Counted from the stretch's first letter, positions 9,207 through 17,292 are shown. The stretch is 33,344 nt of DNA from an uncultured Candidatus Saccharibacteria bacterium (GCA_964465815.1 CAYXLF010000001.1:1-33344), one strand, 5' to 3'. Translations and numbers: made by a program. The notes: generated from the letters alone by a model not told the origin.

Positions 9207-12200
9207 ATGAAAAAGTCTCTCAAGATACTGCTTGTTTCAATGTGTTCAATCCTTGTGACCTTCTCTTTATTTTGCATAATTCCTCTACTTGGAGGATTGC
9301 AGAAATCATATGCAGCCGATCCATTTTTGATAGATATAAATCCAGGTACGGGAGATTCTAATATTGACAAATTAGTTGATGTTAACGGAATTCTTTATTT
9401 TCGTGCAACTAATGAAACAAGTGGAGTAGAACTATGGAAATCTGATGGCACGGTTGATGGAACATCGATGGTGAAAGATATCTATGCTGGAAGTAATGGT
9501 GGATACCCAGATAACTTAACGAATGTTAATGGAGTCCTTTATTTTAGTGCAACCGATGGAACAAATGGAGTAGAGCTATGGAAATCTGATGGAACTGAAG
9601 CCAATACTGTTATGGTAAAAGATATTACTTCTGGAAGCGCAGATAGCAGCCCTAGTGAGCTTATAGATGTCGATGGTACACTGTTTTTTTGGATTGATAA
9701 TGCATTATGGAAATCTGATGGTACAGCAGATGGAACGTTATTAATTAAGAATATAACTTCAGGTACGGGATATAGTAGATTTGCAGGAGCTGCACTTGGG
9801 AGTAATTATATTTTTCTTAGGAAAGATGAGTTATGGATTTCAGATGGAACTGAAGCCGGAACGATTAGGATAACTAGCTTCTATGCGGCAGGGGCTGTGA
9901 CATTAGATTATGTAAATGGTGTACTGCTCTTTGTTGGAACTGCAACTAGCAGCTCAGATCAAGAAATATGGAAAACAGATGGGACAGTAGCGGGTACAGC
10001 GATACTAAAAAGTGGAATAGGTTTAAGTGGCTATAACGGGCCTTTTCTCCTTGATGGAAGCCTCTATTTTTGGATATATGGAAGTGTTGGGTATGAACTT
10101 TGGAAAACAGATGGTACAGAAGCTGGAACGGTGAAAATAGAGGATTCTGCATATTCGGTTTCTAGCTCGGAATACCCCGTAGTTATGGGACAAAATGCAT
10201 ATTTTATAGCTGCAGACGGAGATTGGGCCTATGGAGAAGAATTGTGGACTACGGATGGAACTGCTGGCGGGGCTCATATGGTAAAGGATATTTACAGTGG
10301 AAGTGATGCTTCAAGCATCTCTGAGATTACAGCCGTTAACGGCATGTTGTATTTTAATGCTACGGACGAGACAGAAAATGGATACAATACTGAACCGTGG
10401 AAATCTGATGGCACAGAGGAAGGTACTGTTATGCTGGCAAATTTAAATACAGCTTTGGAAGAGGGTTCTTATCCAGAAAATTTTACCAAGGTTGGAGATA
10501 TGCTTTTCTTTGAAGCTTGGACTAATGAATATGGTACTGAATTATACAGTTTAAGTACTGCGGTAGAACTTTCAACGGACTCATCTCTTTCTGCCCTAAC
10601 GGTCTCTGATTGCTCATTATCTCCTACTTTTGATGCAGCAGAGACCTCGTATACTTGTACGGTATCCCAATCGATTGGATCGGTAAATGTAACTGGGACA
10701 ACGGCTTTTGTGGGGGCGACACTGACGGTCGATGGACTAACGGCCACATCAGGCAGTTCGAAAAGAGTTAACCTAATGTCTGGAGCCAATGAAATCCCTG
10801 TAACAGTAACGGCAGAGGATGGAACTACGACAACCACTTATACAATTTCTATTACGAAACCCACCATAGATGGTGCTTCCTATTATACATATGACTCTAC
10901 GCTAGATTTTGGAAATAGTAGCACCCTGGAAAAACCATATATATCTACAATTGATAAAGATAATAATATCATTGTAGGAGGTTACTATACTGGGACTACG
11001 TCTATAGATTTTGATCCTGGTGAAGGCACAGCAATGAGTCCTGCATCTCCCAATCATTTCATATTGAAATTAAACAGTAACAGAGAATTTGTTTGGGTTA
11101 AATTCTTTAGGATCATTAGTGGCTCTTTTAACGGTTTAGAAACAGATTCTAATGGGAATATATTTCTCGCAGGAACATATACGGATTATTTAGATTTGAA
11201 TCCATCTGTAAGTGCAGAACAAATTGTTGAATCTGGTCACGATGGTGCTGGTTTCCTAATTAAGCTCAATTCTTCAGGAACTTATGTTTGGGGTAGAGCA
11301 GACGATTTCCCAACAGGAGAGGTGGGATTATGGAATTTAGATGAGGTAGCTGATAATAGCTGCTCTGATGGAGGAGATGTGTGTGATAACAGTGGCATTG
11401 CAAATGATGGCATTCTTTACGGTACTGCACCAACTGTTAGTACCTCGAATGGAAAAGGTAGAGACTTTGATGGTGTTAATGGAACCTATGTTGATATTGG
11501 GGATCTTTCTCTTTTTGAAAACCAAACATTTACAATTGAGGCGTATGTAAAGAAAGAAGGAACGTGTGGAGCCTATGATTATTGTTCTATCATGTCTAAA
11601 GGATCATCAACCAACAAGGGATTTGGTTTTGGTATCTCAAATGGTAAGCTACAAATTCGTATTAACGATATGGGTACCTCAGGGGTAGAGTATTTAGATG
11701 GAGCTACAGATCTTGCCATTGATACATGGTACTACGTTGCCGCAGTTGTTAATGGGGAAGAAAAAACATTTGAATTGTATGTAAATAACTCATTAGATGC
11801 TTCAGGCTCTTTTACCGAGAGAATCAATTATGCGGGTTCTAACCATGTAAAGATAGGAAATGCGAATGATGGAAATGATTTGCCATTTAATGGTGTTATT
11901 GATGGGGTGAGATATTCAAATGTTGTGAGAGATTCAACATATATACAGAGTATGAATTCCAAATATACGACCGGAAGTGGAAGTGATGTAGGTTCGTATA
12001 TAGCACCTATTACTAGTCAAATAGGTGGACAGATTTCTGCCAATATAGTAGTTGATGAAAATGGAAGTGTTGTGGTGGGGTACAGTTCTGGTGATGCCTA
12101 TTCTTCTCCAATTTTTAGGAAATTTGATTCATCTGGGAATATTTTATGGACAAAGGAATTTGATAATACTGGTAATTCATATTTTACATTTGAATCTATT

Positions 12201-14915
12201 GCATTAGATAGCCAAGAAAATATTTTACTTAACGGTTATGTTCTTGGTGGCTTTGCAGATTTTAATCCTGGTACAGGTGTAGACCAGAAAACCCCGACAG
12301 GTGGGAATAAAGCAATCTTTGTTACTAAGCTGACGACAAATGGATCTTATGTTTGGACACAACTTATAAATTCTGCAAGTACAACCTTTGGAATCAATTC
12401 GATACTTAAAACAGATGGGGATGATAATATTCTTGTTTTCTCCGATTTTTATGGTACAGTCGATCTGGATCCTGGGCTCCCGACAGTCGATGTCACTTCC
12501 ATAGGAAATAACGATCTTCTTTTGTTAAAGTTAAACCCGAACGGAGAATATATTTGGGGTAAAAACTTTGCTGGGGCTAGTTATGATGAGGCAATTGATT
12601 TAGCGGTAAATTCTGATAATAATATCTTTCTATCTGGGTCTTCCAACTCAAGCACTATTACAGTAGACTCTTCGACTTTCAGTTTAGAAAAGAAAACTTC
12701 TTATAGAGAGCCAATCTTCCTAGAATTAAATTCTTCTGGAGATTACGTATTCTCTAAGGTAATTCTTGTAAATTCAAGTTCTCATGCTGAGACATATAAA
12801 ATATTGTTTGATTCTAATGATGATATGTATTACACGGGTTATTATACGGGATCCCTAGATTTTAATGATGGGGAGATAGCCCTAGAGAAATCTGTTTTCA
12901 CATCTCCATCAGATAGAAACATGTTCTTAGCGAAATACAACAAAGTTTTATCAACAAATTCTTCATTATCTTTGCTAAGTACCTCTGGCTTCACATTATC
13001 TCCTGCATTTGATAGCAGTGTTACTTCATATACGGGTAGCGTAGATTTCGTAGTAGACTCAGTTGATTTTATTCCGATCAGTGCTTTCCCAGGCGCGAGT
13101 GTTTCTATAAATGGTGAGGATGTGATGTCAGGAAATCAATACGAAATTAGCTTAGCAACTGGAGTGAATAACATTTCAATTGTTGTTACCGCAGAAGATG
13201 GTGTAGCAACCTCTACGTATAGTATTGTGATCACGAGAAATACAGCTTCTACGGTTTCCTCATTATCAGCCTTAAGTATTTCAGGTTGTATGTTATCTCC
13301 AAGTTTTAGTAGTGAAGTCAAAGCATATTCGTGTTTTGTACCATCCACACTTGCTTCGATCAATGTCATACCAACGGCGTCATCCTCGATGGCAAAAATA
13401 TCAGTCCGAGGTTCAAGCGTAATTTCTGGGAATGCGCATAATATATATATAGCTACTGGTGTTACCAATATCCCTATAATTGTCACAGCAGAAGATGGCC
13501 TAACAACATCCACATATAACATTACACTTACAAAATCTGCAGAGGATGTTTCATCTGATTCCTCCCTTTCATCGTTAGAGATTCCTGGAGTCATATTATC
13601 TCCTGCGTTCGACCCATCAATTACTTCATATACAGGAAATGTTGATTTTTATATTGATTCTATTAATATTATCCCAACGGCTTCTTCCCTAGGATCAATT
13701 ATTACTGTAAATGGTGTTAGTGTAGATCAGGGCGATTCATATTCTGTTGATTTAGAAGTAGGAATAAACGATATACTAATAATGATTACAGGAGAAGATT
13801 CAGAAACGACTTCAACGTATAATCTGAAAATAATAAAAGCATCCTCTACTATAGAGGAACCAACACGCACCACCCCAGACTCTACAGCAAGGCAGGATAC
13901 ACCACTCAAAGATGTCCTTAGTGTTCTTACGATAAGTATCTCTGAAGCGAGTAAGTATGTAGAAAAAACAATTCAGGAAATTCCAATCTCAGAACAAACA
14001 TCCCGAAATATTACAGCTGCAACCCTGGCTTTGATAGCGGTATCTCCCGCAGTATCTGTAGGGCTAGGCAGCTCGTACACTATTTCATATATAGCTAAAT
14101 TCTTCTCAATGATACTTGCTCTCTTTGGTATCGGTAGAAAGAAAAGGAACTGCGGCCTAGTATATGATTCTGTAACTAAAGAACCGGTCAGTAATGCCAT
14201 AGTCAGAATATATTCAACTGATGGTACCCTTGTAGCTACAGAGGTAACTGATGTATATGGTATCTTTGAAACTGATATTGAAAGTGGTCAATACAGTATT
14301 GTAACTCAAGTAAACAATTACAAATTTCCATCGATGCTTATTACGGGTACTCAAGACTTACCGTATGAGAATATCTATGGAGGAGGAAACTTCAATTATG
14401 ATTCTTCATCAAGTATAAGCTACTCAATACCAGTGGATCCTTTGGACAAATCAAATGCAGAATATGCAAATACCATAACTAAGCATAAATTGATAAACCT
14501 AACATCTTCGGCTCTAAATATACTAATGTTCATAGGATTAGTATTCTCAATCGTTTCTTACATCAAACTAAACAGTACTTTGAACCTTATTCTTCTCATA
14601 ATATATGTATTTTTAATAATATTAGGAATGATAAGGAGAAGGCAAGCGAGGTACAGATTTGGTACAGTTACAGACCGCTCTGGAGACAGCAAAAATGGTA
14701 TAGAGTTAGGCCTAATGGAGACGGAGTTTAATAGAATCTATGCAAAGAGAGTAACCAATGATGAAGGTAAGTACAGATTTATAGTTCCAGGGGGAGATTA
14801 CAAACTAGTATCGCTGGATCCAGAATGCTCCTTATATGGGGAGGTACTGGTTAGTGGGCGAAGTAAAAAAATAATGGTTGTTTCTGAGGACTTAGTTGCT
14901 GAAAGAAGAGTTTAA
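9207..14915 (+). CDS. Giant mosaic cell-surface protein (1902 aa)
   Basis: Signal/anchor at aa 1-36, cleavage-like SYA-AD. About 9 ELWxxDGT repeats (aa 40-450). Cadherin-like beta-sandwich (aa 458-551). SBBP-type repeats (aa 556-700). LamG/concanavalin-like domain (aa 705-915). More SBBP repeats (aa 935-1245). Three tandem cadherin-like domains (aa 1250-1545). C-terminal hydrophobic helices interleaved with two carboxypeptidase-regulatory-like modules. Confidence 0.85.
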   Translation: MKKSLKILLVSMCSILVTFSLFCIIPLLGGLQKSYAADPFLIDINPGTGDSNIDKLVDVNGILYFRATNETSGVELWKSDGTVDGTSMVKDIYAGSNGGYPDNLTNVNGVLYFSATDGTNGVELWKSDGTEANTVMVKDITSGSADSSPSELIDVDGTLFFWIDNALWKSDGTADGTLLIKNITSGTGYSRFAGAALGSNYIFLRKDELWISDGTEAGTIRITSFYAAGAVTLDYVNGVLLFVGTATSSSDQEIWKTDGTVAGTAILKSGIGLSGYNGPFLLDGSLYFWIYGSVGYELWKTDGTEAGTVKIEDSAYSVSSSEYPVVMGQNAYFIAADGDWAYGEELWTTDGTAGGAHMVKDIYSGSDASSISEITAVNGMLYFNATDETENGYNTEPWKSDGTEEGTVMLANLNTALEEGSYPENFTKVGDMLFFEAWTNEYGTELYSLSTAVELSTDSSLSALTVSDCSLSPTFDAAETSYTCTVSQSIGSVNVTGTTAFVGATLTVDGLTATSGSSKRVNLMSGANEIPVTVTAEDGTTTTTYTISITKPTIDGASYYTYDSTLDFGNSSTLEKPYISTIDKDNNIIVGGYYTGTTSIDFDPGEGTAMSPASPNHFILKLNSNREFVWVKFFRIISGSFNGLETDSNGNIFLAGTYTDYLDLNPSVSAEQIVESGHDGAGFLIKLNSSGTYVWGRADDFPTGEVGLWNLDEVADNSCSDGGDVCDNSGIANDGILYGTAPTVSTSNGKGRDFDGVNGTYVDIGDLSLFENQTFTIEAYVKKEGTCGAYDYCSIMSKGSSTNKGFGFGISNGKLQIRINDMGTSGVEYLDGATDLAIDTWYYVAAVVNGEEKTFELYVNNSLDASGSFTERINYAGSNHVKIGNANDGNDLPFNGVIDGVRYSNVVRDSTYIQSMNSKYTTGSGSDVGSYIAPITSQIGGQISANIVVDENGSVVVGYSSGDAYSSPIFRKFDSSGNILWTKEFDNTGNSYFTFESIALDSQENILLNGYVLGGFADFNPGTGVDQKTPTGGNKAIFVTKLTTNGSYVWTQLINSASTTFGINSILKTDGDDNILVFSDFYGTVDLDPGLPTVDVTSIGNNDLLLLKLNPNGEYIWGKNFAGASYDEAIDLAVNSDNNIFLSGSSNSSTITVDSSTFSLEKKTSYREPIFLELNSSGDYVFSKVILVNSSSHAETYKILFDSNDDMYYTGYYTGSLDFNDGEIALEKSVFTSPSDRNMFLAKYNKVLSTNSSLSLLSTSGFTLSPAFDSSVTSYTGSVDFVVDSVDFIPISAFPGASVSINGEDVMSGNQYEISLATGVNNISIVVTAEDGVATSTYSIVITRNTASTVSSLSALSISGCMLSPSFSSEVKAYSCFVPSTLASINVIPTASSSMAKISVRGSSVISGNAHNIYIATGVTNIPIIVTAEDGLTTSTYNITLTKSAEDVSSDSSLSSLEIPGVILSPAFDPSITSYTGNVDFYIDSINIIPTASSLGSIITVNGVSVDQGDSYSVDLEVGINDILIMITGEDSETTSTYNLKIIKASSTIEEPTRTTPDSTARQDTPLKDVLSVLTISISEASKYVEKTIQEIPISEQTSRNITAATLALIAVSPAVSVGLGSSYTISYIAKFFSMILALFGIGRKKRNCGLVYDSVTKEPVSNAIVRIYSTDGTLVATEVTDVYGIFETDIESGQYSIVTQVNNYKFPSMLITGTQDLPYENIYGGGNFNYDSSSSISYSIPVDPLDKSNAEYANTITKHKLINLTSSALNILMFIGLVFSIVSYIKLNSTLNLILLIIYVFLIILGMIRRRQARYRFGTVTDRSGDSKNGIELGLMETEFNRIYAKRVTNDEGKYRFIVPGGDYKLVSLDPECSLYGEVLVSGRSKKIMVVSEDLVAERRV
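9324..10556 (+). repeat. Intragenic ELWxxDGT repeat array (about 9 units, probable beta-propeller)
   Basis: Recurring VELWKSDGTVDGT, VELWKSDGTEANT, ALWKSDGTADGT, ELWISDGTEAGT, EIWKTDGTVAGT, ELWKTDGTEAGT, ELWTTDGTAGG, EPWKSDGTEEGT. The DNA core tggaaatctgatgg recurs. Confidence 0.8.
12954..13841 (+). repeat. Three tandem cadherin-like beta-sandwich domains (about 95 aa each)
   Basis: Each unit has the pattern SSLSxLxxSG..LSPxFxxxxxSYtxxV ... I.V...VTAEDG..tSTY.I.I. A fourth copy lies at 10578-10859. Confidence 0.75.
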
Positions 14916-14932
14916 ATACCCTATGTCCCTTG

Positions 14933-14941
14933 TGATATAAT
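14933..14941 (+). promoter_or_regulatory. Extended -10 promoter element upstream of lysS
   Basis: TGaTATAAT, about 36 nt upstream of the lysS ATG. Confidence 0.5.
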
Positions 14942-14976
14942 ACGCTATTATTTATATAACTTTTTTAAGCTCACGC

Positions 14977-16521
14977 ATGGAAGATACTCAAAGAAGTGAT
15001 CTACTCGGACAAAGACAGGTAAGATTAGACAAACTCGCAGAGCTTAAGAAGTTAGGGGTTAACCCATATCCAGCAAAATCATACAGGGATCATTCTAACG
15101 GAGAAGTATTAAACAAATTTGAGGAATTTGATGGGAAAGACGTATGTTTGGCAGGTAGAATCATAGCTTGGAGAGAGCATGGAAAATTGGTATTTGGGAA
15201 TATCCTTGATCAGACAGGAAGTATTCAGTTAATGATCAGAGAATCTGACTTAGTTGAGGATCTTCAAAAAGGATATTTAGGTTGGGATAAATTGTATCTT
15301 TTGGATCTTGCCGACTTTGTTGAATTGTATGGAACGATAGGGAAGACAAGAACAGGTGAGATCACCGTTATGGTTAAGAGTATTCGTCTCTTAACTAAAG
15401 CTTTGAGACCAATTCCTCGAAAATTAGAAAACAAGGAGCAGATATTTAGAAGGAGATATTTGGATTTAGTAGTAGATAATGAATCATTGAAGCTTTTTGA
15501 AAGAAAAGCGAAATTCTGGCAGGTACAGAGAGATTTCTTGAGAGATCATGGATTTATGGAAGTAGAGGTTCCTGTATTGGAAGCTGTAACTGGTGGCGCA
15601 GATGCTACTCCATTCATAACTCATCACAATGCCTTGGATCAAGATTTCTATCTTAGAATTTCCACTGAGTTGTATCAGAAAAGATTGATTGGTGGTGGGT
15701 ATGAAAAAATATATACTTTTGGCCCTAACTTTAGGAATGAAGGTATGGATGATGAGCATCTTCAGGAATTTTATGATATTGAGTGGTATTGGGCTTATGC
15801 AAATTACAAGGATAATATGCAGTTGGTACATGACCTATTCTTAGAGATTGCTAGCAAGGTATATGGGAAGACTCAGTTTACAACCAGAGGACATACTTTT
15901 GATTTAGCGAATGAGTGGAAGGAGATAGACTATACCTCCGTCATAAAGGAGAGGTTTGGTGTTGATATCTTTAACGATTCTGACGAAAAGATGTTGAGTG
16001 TGATTAAGGAGAATAACATTGAGATGGGTGGAGAGGTGAATAGGAATAGGATGATAGATACACTTTGGAAAGCTATTAGAGCTACCATATCAGGTCCTGC
16101 ATTCTTGGTAAATCAGCCTAAGTTTGTTTCGCCTTTAGCAAAATCACATCAGGATAATCCTGATTTAACAGAGAGGTTCCAGGTGGTTATTGCTGGTAGT
16201 GAATTGGGTAATGGTTATTCTGAGATTAATGATCCTCAAGACCAATTAGATCGATTCCTTGAGCAACAGGCTATGAGGGATAGTGGAGATAGTGAAGCAC
16301 AGATGTTGGATATTGATTTTGTAGAGATGTTGGAATATGGTATGCCTCCTGTAAGTGGTTATGGTCAGAGTGAGAGAATTTTCTGGTTCTTAGAAGATAT
16401 TTCTGGTAGAGAGGGTACTTTCTTCCCACAGATGAGAGTAGAGGTTGAGAATACTACAAAACAGATATACAAGGACAGAGTCAGATTCAAGGAGAATATT
16501 AAAAAAGAGGAAAAGAAATAG
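14977..16521 (+). CDS. lysS: Lysine--tRNA ligase (class II)
   Basis: 514-aa ORF with an N-terminal OB anticodon-binding domain. Class II motifs include FRNEGMD and ELGNGYSEINDP, followed by GMPPVSGYGQSERI. Confidence 0.93.
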   Translation: MEDTQRSDLLGQRQVRLDKLAELKKLGVNPYPAKSYRDHSNGEVLNKFEEFDGKDVCLAGRIIAWREHGKLVFGNILDQTGSIQLMIRESDLVEDLQKGYLGWDKLYLLDLADFVELYGTIGKTRTGEITVMVKSIRLLTKALRPIPRKLENKEQIFRRRYLDLVVDNESLKLFERKAKFWQVQRDFLRDHGFMEVEVPVLEAVTGGADATPFITHHNALDQDFYLRISTELYQKRLIGGGYEKIYTFGPNFRNEGMDDEHLQEFYDIEWYWAYANYKDNMQLVHDLFLEIASKVYGKTQFTTRGHTFDLANEWKEIDYTSVIKERFGVDIFNDSDEKMLSVIKENNIEMGGEVNRNRMIDTLWKAIRATISGPAFLVNQPKFVSPLAKSHQDNPDLTERFQVVIAGSELGNGYSEINDPQDQLDRFLEQQAMRDSGDSEAQMLDIDFVEMLEYGMPPVSGYGQSERIFWFLEDISGREGTFFPQMRVEVENTTKQIYKDRVRFKENIKKEEKK

Positions 16522-16585
16522 AAAAACGATCCCCAGGTGTGCTCTCATAAGAGAAGTCCTGCACGTGGTGCACTGGGGATCGTTT
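16522..16585 (-). terminator. Y-shaped intrinsic terminator of a minus-strand RNA, abutting the lysS stop
   Basis: 13-bp closing stem AAACGATCCCCAG / CTGGGGATCGTTT encloses two small hairpins (TGCAC-cac-GTGCA and TCTC-ttat-GAGA). The T-run follows the stem only on the minus strand (GATCGTTTTTC). Confidence 0.6.
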
Positions 16586-16661
16586 CCTCGTCTCGGCTTC
16601 ACACAGAGTGAATATCGGATCCCGTGGGACCAAATATTGTCTGAGCACCGAGTTAAACGAG

Positions 16662-16735
16662 TGGCCATGAAGGGATTCGAACCCTTAATACTCTGCGGTT
16701 ATTTGCAGTGCTCTTCCAGTTGAGCTATCAAAGCC
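16662..16735 (-). tRNA. tRNA-like gene with a non-canonical anticodon arm (atypical tRNA, pseudo-tRNA or tRNA-mimic module)
   Basis: Canonical D arm GCTC-AACTGGAA-GAGC and T arm AAGGG-TTCGAAT-CCCTT. Acceptor GGCTTTG/CATGGCC has a U.U mismatch. Three nt lie between acceptor and D stem. The anticodon arm is only 16 nt (CTGC-AAATAACC-GCAG). No CCA is encoded. Confidence 0.45.
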
Positions 16736-16851
16736 AAACGATGACGAGAGAGTGGGGAAGATAATCTTTCCCAGGGAAAGGAAGACACCTTCCACACTCT
16801 ATTCAAGTAGGGGAGTACTTGATACTCATCATCAGACATATTCAGTTGAAA

Positions 16852-16880
16852 TGAACAGGTGTGATTTTAGCAGATAGAAT
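16852..16880 (+). promoter_or_regulatory. Possible divergent promoter for the 16930 operon
   Basis: TGAACA (16852-16857), 17-nt spacer, TAGAAT (16875-16880). It overlaps the minus-strand promoter back to back. Confidence 0.3.
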
Positions 16881-16892
16881 ATTATGGGTCAA
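16864..16892 (-). promoter_or_regulatory. Near-consensus sigma70-type promoter driving the minus-strand RNA locus
   Basis: On the minus strand: TTGACC (16892-16887), 17-nt spacer, TAAAAT (16869-16864). Confidence 0.6.
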
Positions 16893-16929
16893 TATCCTTT
16901 AATATATATATTTCTGATATCATTAATAT

Positions 16930-17292
16930 ATGGAATCCATATCGGATATATTAAAAAACCTAAAGCCACAAACAGAGGAAAAGAAAGAAACCAAACAGCC
17001 AGAGCTTTTCAATATGGATGAAATAAAAGATAATCCCAAAAGAATGTTTGGAGACAAACACAAATACATATCTACTGAATATCAAGTATATGGATTAAGG
17101 TTAGCCGGGAAGTTAGGAGATACGAAGCGTACAACAATGTATATTAAATGGGCAAAAGAAAAACCAAGAGCAATACTAGAGATGGCTTACAGTTTTACAA
17201 TTGATTATCCTAATGCCAAAGATAAAAGCAAAATATTTATGTGGAAGGTAAAAGAACTTGAAAATGAGAGAAAGAGTAAAAAAGAACAATAA
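16930..17292 (+). CDS. Hypothetical small basic protein (120 aa)
   Basis: Intact ORF, K/E-rich with predicted helices. No motif recognised. Overlaps the downstream permease gene by 35 nt. Confidence 0.5.
   Translation: MESISDILKNLKPQTEEKKETKQPELFNMDEIKDNPKRMFGDKHKYISTEYQVYGLRLAGKLGDTKRTTMYIKWAKEKPRAILEMAYSFTIDYPNAKDKSKIFMWKVKELENERKSKKEQ

Larger units (their letters stand above)
16522..16857 (-). ncRNA. Candidate ~335-nt structured RNA: leader hairpins, tRNA-like module, 75-nt hairpin and terminator
   Basis: Bounded by promoter 16864-16892 and terminator 16522-16585. GC-richer than the flanks. No credible ORF. Strand is set by the T-loop GGTTCGAATCC, the T-run and a G.U pair. Confidence 0.45.

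Noticed and set aside
10469-10837. Antisense ORFs inside the giant surface-protein gene (also 13136-13594, 13973-14200 and others)
   Set aside because: These are shadow ORFs within a 5.7-kb ORF that has coherent domain content. They have no motifs and no independent start signals.
16549-16560. AGAGAAGTCCTGC resembling the RNase P RNA P4 strand (GAGGAAAGUCC)
   Set aside because: It is only a partial match. No room exists for P1-P3 upstream because lysS ends at 16521. No matching 3' P4 strand (ACAGAAnCCGGCUUA-like) was found.
16390-16723. Two 92-aa ORFs (16390-16668 minus, 16445-16723 plus) across the lysS 3' end and the RNA island
   Set aside because: They overlap lysS, the terminator hairpin and the tRNA-like element. 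Their Arg/Cys-rich translations are typical of structured-RNA sequence read as protein.
16829-16835. CUGAUGA box in the RNA leader (hammerhead or C-box-like)
   Set aside because: The hairpin that follows is not succeeded by the GAAA core, and no cleavage-site helix can be drawn. C/D-box RNAs are not expected in bacteria.
16699-16839. 46-aa minus-strand ORF (MSDDEYQVLPYLNRVWK...) running from the RNA leader into the tRNA-like anticodon loop
   Set aside because: It has no Shine-Dalgarno, it is embedded in strong secondary structure, and it ends inside the cloverleaf. It is most likely fortuitous.
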